From an uncultured Acidimicrobium sp. (GTDB lineage: Bacteria > Actinomycetota > Acidimicrobiia > Acidimicrobiales > Ilumatobacteraceae): DNA of 59,670 bases. Below the pieces are notes generated by a model, which worked only from the letters and a program-made list of their open reading frames with translations, was not told the origin of the DNA and searched no databases. The stretch is from contig CAZHIN010000001.1 in assembly GCA_964532575.1 (NCBI GenBank), positions 21,294-80,963 on the forward strand, given 5' to 3'. Positions within the stretch are counted from its first letter, which is position 1. Each line of letters opens with the position of its first letter. The position numbers were made by a program, and so were the translations under genes. Shown piece after piece: positions 55,824-59,670 of this stretch.

Positions 55824-56516
55824 ATGAAAATTGGAATCATTGGTGGTACCGGGCCTGCAGGTAGTGGGTTGGCACTGCGCCTCAATGTGGCTGGGTATGA
55901 CGTCGTGATTGGATCACGCGACAAGTCACGGTCAATCGAGAAGGTCAAAGAGCTACAGACTCTGTGGCCAAGCCACAAACTGACCATTGAGGGCGGTGAC
56001 AACACCGACGCAGTGAAGTGCGATCTAGTGGTAGTCGCAACGCCATGGGATTCGACCGCCACAATTGTTGGAGAGTATGCACAACAACTTGCGGGCAAGA
56101 TCGTGATCACGATGGCAAATGCACTGGTCAAGGTTGGCAAAGAATTTCAGCCACTTGTTCCTCCTCGTGGAAGCATCGCCGCACACGTTCAGGCCGAAAT
56201 TCCGCTGAGCAAAGTGGTTGCAGCATTGCAGCACTTGCCAGCAAAAGAACTTGGCAACCTCAATCATCACGTCGATAGCGATGTGTTGATTTGTTCCGAC
56301 CATCCAGAAGCAATCGAAATCGTGAGTGACATTGTTGAAAAGATTCCTGGCTGTCGACCGCTGAACACTGGGCGGTTGTCTAATGCGCTTGCACTCGAAG
56401 CGTTTACTGCCGTGATGTTGCAGATGAATGTGCGCTACAAGACGCGCGTTGCTCCCCGCATGACCGGACTTCCCGATGTTGATCCGGTGAGTGGCCGAAA
56501 TTTGAAAATTTTGTAA
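55824..56516 (+). CDS. NADPH-dependent F420 reductase (Fno/NpdG-like)
   Basis: MKIGIIGGTGPAGSGLALRL Rossmann start; about 230 aa as is typical. The track ORF start at 55743 overlaps fabI. Confidence 0.8.
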   Translation: MKIGIIGGTGPAGSGLALRLNVAGYDVVIGSRDKSRSIEKVKELQTLWPSHKLTIEGGDNTDAVKCDLVVVATPWDSTATIVGEYAQQLAGKIVITMANALVKVGKEFQPLVPPRGSIAAHVQAEIPLSKVVAALQHLPAKELGNLNHHVDSDVLICSDHPEAIEIVSDIVEKIPGCRPLNTGRLSNALALEAFTAVMLQMNVRYKTRVAPRMTGLPDVDPVSGRNLKIL

Positions 56517-57652
56517 TGCGCCTGTACGACACCGCTCAACAAACCGTTGTTCCGTTTGTGCCAGGGCCAACAGTATTGATGTATACCTGCGGCATCACCC
56601 CATATGACGCAACTCATCTTGGTCATGCGTTTACTTTTGTCAGCTACGACATCTTGATCCGACGGTTGATTGATTTGGGACACGAAGTGAAATGCGTGCG
56701 CAATGTGACCGACGTGGATGACCCACTCTTTGCGAAGGCTCGCGAGTTGGGTGTGCATTATCTGGATTTGGCTGCAGGTGAAGAAGCGCGCTTCACGGCA
56801 GATATGGAAGCACTCGGAGTGTTGCCGATGTATTCAACCCCGCGCGCATCGTCGGCCATTTCCGATATCCGTGGCTTTATCGGCATGGTGATCGACAAGG
56901 GCTTTGCGTATCAGTCTGGTGGTTCTGTGTATTTCGACGTCACACAGTCGAAAACGTTTGGCGAGATCTCGCATTATTCGCACGACATGATGATTGACCT
57001 AGCTCGTGAACGCGGCGGCAATATTGAAGACCCGCATAAACGTCATCCGCTCGATTTTGTTTTGTGGCACCCCTCGGCGGTGGACGAACCATCATGGGAA
57101 ACACTGTGGGGACCGGGCAGGCCAGGTTGGCACATTGAATGTTCTGCACTTGCAATGCGCGAGTTGGGGACAACGATTGACCTGCACGGTGGCGGAAGTG
57201 ATCTGATTTTTCCGCATCACGAATGCGAACGTGCTCAATCAGAGGCTGCAACGGGCGAGCTCTTTGTCAAGCATTGGATGCATGTCGCAATGGTGTCAAT
57301 GGATGGCCACAAGATGTCGAAGAGTCGGGGAAACCTTGTGTTCGTTGACAAACTTCGAACCCGTTTCGATCCACGAGTAATTCGTCTTGGCCTGATTGAG
57401 CACCATTACCGATTTGAATGGGAATGGGATGAGCAGATGTTTGCACGCAACAATGAGCGACTTGCAAACTGGGCTCGTGGAACAACAAATGATGCAGGTG
57501 AGTTGCTTGGACTTGTGCGCGATGCCCTTGACGACGACCTTGATACGCCTCGCGCCATAGCGCACATAGATGCTGCAGCATTAAACGGTGTCAACGTATC
57601 CGACGCAGCAAACCTTCTTGGAGTCAATCTCTTCGTTAGATCAATAATTTGA
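56516..57652 (+). CDS. mshC: L-cysteine:1D-myo-inositol 2-amino-2-deoxy-alpha-D-glucopyranoside ligase (mycothiol ligase)
   Basis: CysRS-like class I core without an anticodon domain. CGITPYDATHLGHA, NVTDVDDPLF, GRPGWHIECSA, GGGSDLIFPHHE and KMSKSRGNLV closely follow the MshC pattern as I recall it. Confidence 0.85.
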   Translation: MRLYDTAQQTVVPFVPGPTVLMYTCGITPYDATHLGHAFTFVSYDILIRRLIDLGHEVKCVRNVTDVDDPLFAKARELGVHYLDLAAGEEARFTADMEALGVLPMYSTPRASSAISDIRGFIGMVIDKGFAYQSGGSVYFDVTQSKTFGEISHYSHDMMIDLARERGGNIEDPHKRHPLDFVLWHPSAVDEPSWETLWGPGRPGWHIECSALAMRELGTTIDLHGGGSDLIFPHHECERAQSEAATGELFVKHWMHVAMVSMDGHKMSKSRGNLVFVDKLRTRFDPRVIRLGLIEHHYRFEWEWDEQMFARNNERLANWARGTTNDAGELLGLVRDALDDDLDTPRAIAHIDAAALNGVNVSDAANLLGVNLFVRSII

Positions 57653-57684
57653 GGCGTTTCAAGCAGGCTTGAGAAACTAGACTG

Positions 57685-59670
57685 ATGGGCACGATGAGTG
57701 CTGTAGAAACTATTGAAGTCAGCCTTCCTGACGGCACTCGCAAATCGTTGCCCGTCGGTGCAACCTCGGCTGATCTTGCACAGGGGATTGGTTCTCGCTT
57801 GGCCAAGGCTGCGGTTGCTGCGGTCGTTGACGGTGCAGAGACCGATCTGACTGTTGCATTGCAGGCTGGCGCAAAGGTTTCAATTATTACGGCAGAGAGT
57901 GACGCCGGACGCCATGTGTTGCGACACTCAACAGCCCACGTCATGGCTCAAGCAGTCGTGCAACTGTTTGCGGGCGCCAAATTTACTATTGGTCCCGCAA
58001 TTGAAGACGGGTTTTACTACGACTTCGAATTGCCTGGTGGCAAAACTTTTAGTGACACCGATCTTGTTGCAATTACCGAAAAGATGCGCGAGATCATCAA
58101 GGCTGATCAAGCCTTCACTCGTGCCGAGATGTCGGCCAAGGCTGCACTCGAGTTGTTCGCTGATCAGCCATACAAGTGCGAAATCATTACGCGTGTTACA
58201 AGCGGTTCTGCCGATGGCGCGGACGCCTCTGAAGTGCAGGGTGGCGACATTGTGAGTGTGTACCGCAACACCGATTCGTTTGTGGATTTGTGTCGTGGGC
58301 CTCACGTGCCATCAACGGGCAAACTGGGACACTTTGCCTTAATGAAGGTTGCCGGCGCATATTGGCGTGGCAATGAAAAGGGTCCCATGCTGCAACGTAT
58401 CTACGGCACTGCATGGGAATCTAAGGCTGCTCTCGAAGAACACATCACACGATTGGCAGAAGCAGAAAAGCGCGATCACCGTCGACTCGCGGTCGAAATG
58501 GATTTGCTGTCGTTTCCATCCGAACTTGGTGGTGGACTTGCTGTGTGGCATCCGAAGGGTGGCATTGTGCGCAAGTTGATGGAGGATTACAGCCGTCACC
58601 GCCATCAAACTGGTGGTTACCAGTTTGTGTTTACGCCGCATCTCGCCAATGCAGAGCTGTTCGAGACGTCTGGTCACTTGCACTTTTATAAAGACGGCAT
58701 GTATCCGCCGATGGAGATGGACAACGGCACGTACTATCCGAAGCCAATGAACTGCCCGATGCATTGTTTGATCTATCGAGATCGACAACGCAGTTATCGC
58801 GAACTACCACTACGACTTTTTGAACTGGGCACTGTGTACCGCTACGAGCGTGCCGGAACATTGCACGGGTTGTTAAGAATCCGCGGTTTCACTCAGGACG
58901 ATAGTCACATTTTTTGTACCGAAGATCAGATGGCAGACGAGATCACTTCGCTGCTCGATTTCGTTATTTCGGTGTTGCGTAAGTTTGGTTTTGAAGATTT
59001 TGAATTCAAACTCTCAACACGTGACCCAGAAAAATCAGTCGGCAGCGACGAGATTTGGGAAAAGGCAACAACCGCATTGCGCGAAGCATTGCATCGACAC
59101 GGAGTTGACTATTCGGTCAAAGAGGGTGACGCTGCTTTTTATGGTCCAAAGATTGACATCGATGTACGCGATGCGATTGGTCGCAAATGGCAATTGAGCA
59201 CAATTCAATGTGACTTCAATCTTCCCGAGCGCTTCAAGTTGGAGTACATCGGTTCGGACAACGGTCGTCATCAACCGATCATGTTGCACCGCGCATTGTT
59301 TGGGTCGGTGGAGCGCTTCTTTGGTGTACTGCTCGAGCATTACGGCGGGGCATTTCCAACGTGGCTTGCGCCGGTGCAGGTGCGAGTGCTTCCTGTAACG
59401 AGTGGTCATGAGCCGTACGCAACAAAACTTGTTGCACAATTGCTGCGAGCGGGGTTCAGGGTTGACACGAGCGTTGCCGATGAGCAGTTGGGCAAACGAA
59501 TTCGTTCAGCAAAACTAGAGCGCATTCCTTATGTGTTGGTTGTTGGAGACGACGATGTTGCACACGAAACAGTTGGAGTGAATCCTCGCGGTGGCGAAGT
59601 ACTGCGCGATGTGAAATTTGCCGACTTTGTAAAACAGCTGCAAGACGAGACTGCCGACGCAACTACTGAC
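57685..59670 (+). CDS. thrS: Threonyl-tRNA synthetase (3' end runs off the window)
   Basis: Not in the ORF track because no stop is reached. My translation from ATG 57685 is open for 662 codons. It shows a TGS domain, the editing motif HSTAHVMAQAV...IGPAIEDGFYYDF, class II motifs (FRYERAGTLHGLLRIRGFTQDD, GPKIDI, HRALFGSVERF) and an anticodon domain. Confidence 0.95.
   Translation, partial: MGTMSAVETIEVSLPDGTRKSLPVGATSADLAQGIGSRLAKAAVAAVVDGAETDLTVALQAGAKVSIITAESDAGRHVLRHSTAHVMAQAVVQLFAGAKFTIGPAIEDGFYYDFELPGGKTFSDTDLVAITEKMREIIKADQAFTRAEMSAKAALELFADQPYKCEIITRVTSGSADGADASEVQGGDIVSVYRNTDSFVDLCRGPHVPSTGKLGHFALMKVAGAYWRGNEKGPMLQRIYGTAWESKAALEEHITRLAEAEKRDHRRLAVEMDLLSFPSELGGGLAVWHPKGGIVRKLMEDYSRHRHQTGGYQFVFTPHLANAELFETSGHLHFYKDGMYPPMEMDNGTYYPKPMNCPMHCLIYRDRQRSYRELPLRLFELGTVYRYERAGTLHGLLRIRGFTQDDSHIFCTEDQMADEITSLLDFVISVLRKFGFEDFEFKLSTRDPEKSVGSDEIWEKATTALREALHRHGVDYSVKEGDAAFYGPKIDIDVRDAIGRKWQLSTIQCDFNLPERFKLEYIGSDNGRHQPIMLHRALFGSVERFFGVLLEHYGGAFPTWLAPVQVRVLPVTSGHEPYATKLVAQLLRAGFRVDTSVADEQLGKRIRSAKLERIPYVLVVGDDDVAHETVGVNPRGGEVLRDVKFADFVKQLQDETADATTD

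Overview
This is a core chromosomal segment of an Actinomycetota genome. Lineage markers in the window are mycothiol ligase mshC, a Bpa-type proteasome activator ending in GTYL, an F420-dependent NADP reductase, SepF without FtsA, and DUF3040. The presence of murB inside the dcw cluster, the absence of divIVA and the very tight gene packing suggest a streamlined, possibly Acidimicrobiia-like organism; that is inference only. Gene order: rne(partial)-rplU-rpmA, dgt(-), obg-proB, murJ(-), MoxR-VWA-histidine phosphatase, GMC oxidoreductase, glpK(-), an MtrAB-like two-component system(-) followed by a 46-codon lipoprotein ORF, IMPase(-), dinB, DUF3040, ROK kinase, acyl-CoA dehydrogenase, HNH, LplA-like. 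Then comes a nearly gapless dcw cluster: mraZ-rsmH-ftsL-ftsI-murE-mraY-murD-ftsW-murG-murC-murB::ftsQ-ftsZ-yggS-sepF-yggT. After that: ileS (interrupted by an in-frame TAA), a DdbA-like histone/DksA protein, lspA, rluD, Rrf2(-), AP-family protein, bpa, dnaE, a frameshifted ORF, nitroreductase, a fabI-S8 peptidase-DUF255 operon(-), fno, mshC, thrS(partial). I saw no rRNA, tRNA, CRISPR array, transposase, integrase or prophage genes. I do not see a defence island or a clear novel multi-gene system; this is housekeeping DNA. The items most worth a second look are: (1) a continuous MurB-FtsQ fusion ORF; (2) ileS split by TAA at a conserved Tyr codon, with an SD-like GAGGTG and an ATG immediately after; (3) a 25-bp uninterrupted helix and structured element in the 246-nt mraZ-rsmH spacer; (4) a 46-codon lipoprotein ORF, below the ORF-track cutoff, translationally coupled (TAATG) to the sensor kinase in the position LpqB normally holds; (5) a Cys-less DksA-like domain fused to a Lys/Ala-rich histone-like repeat; (6) a phased GTGGGG repeat array upstream of mraZ. 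All calls come from reading the sequence and recalling family motifs. No searches were run.
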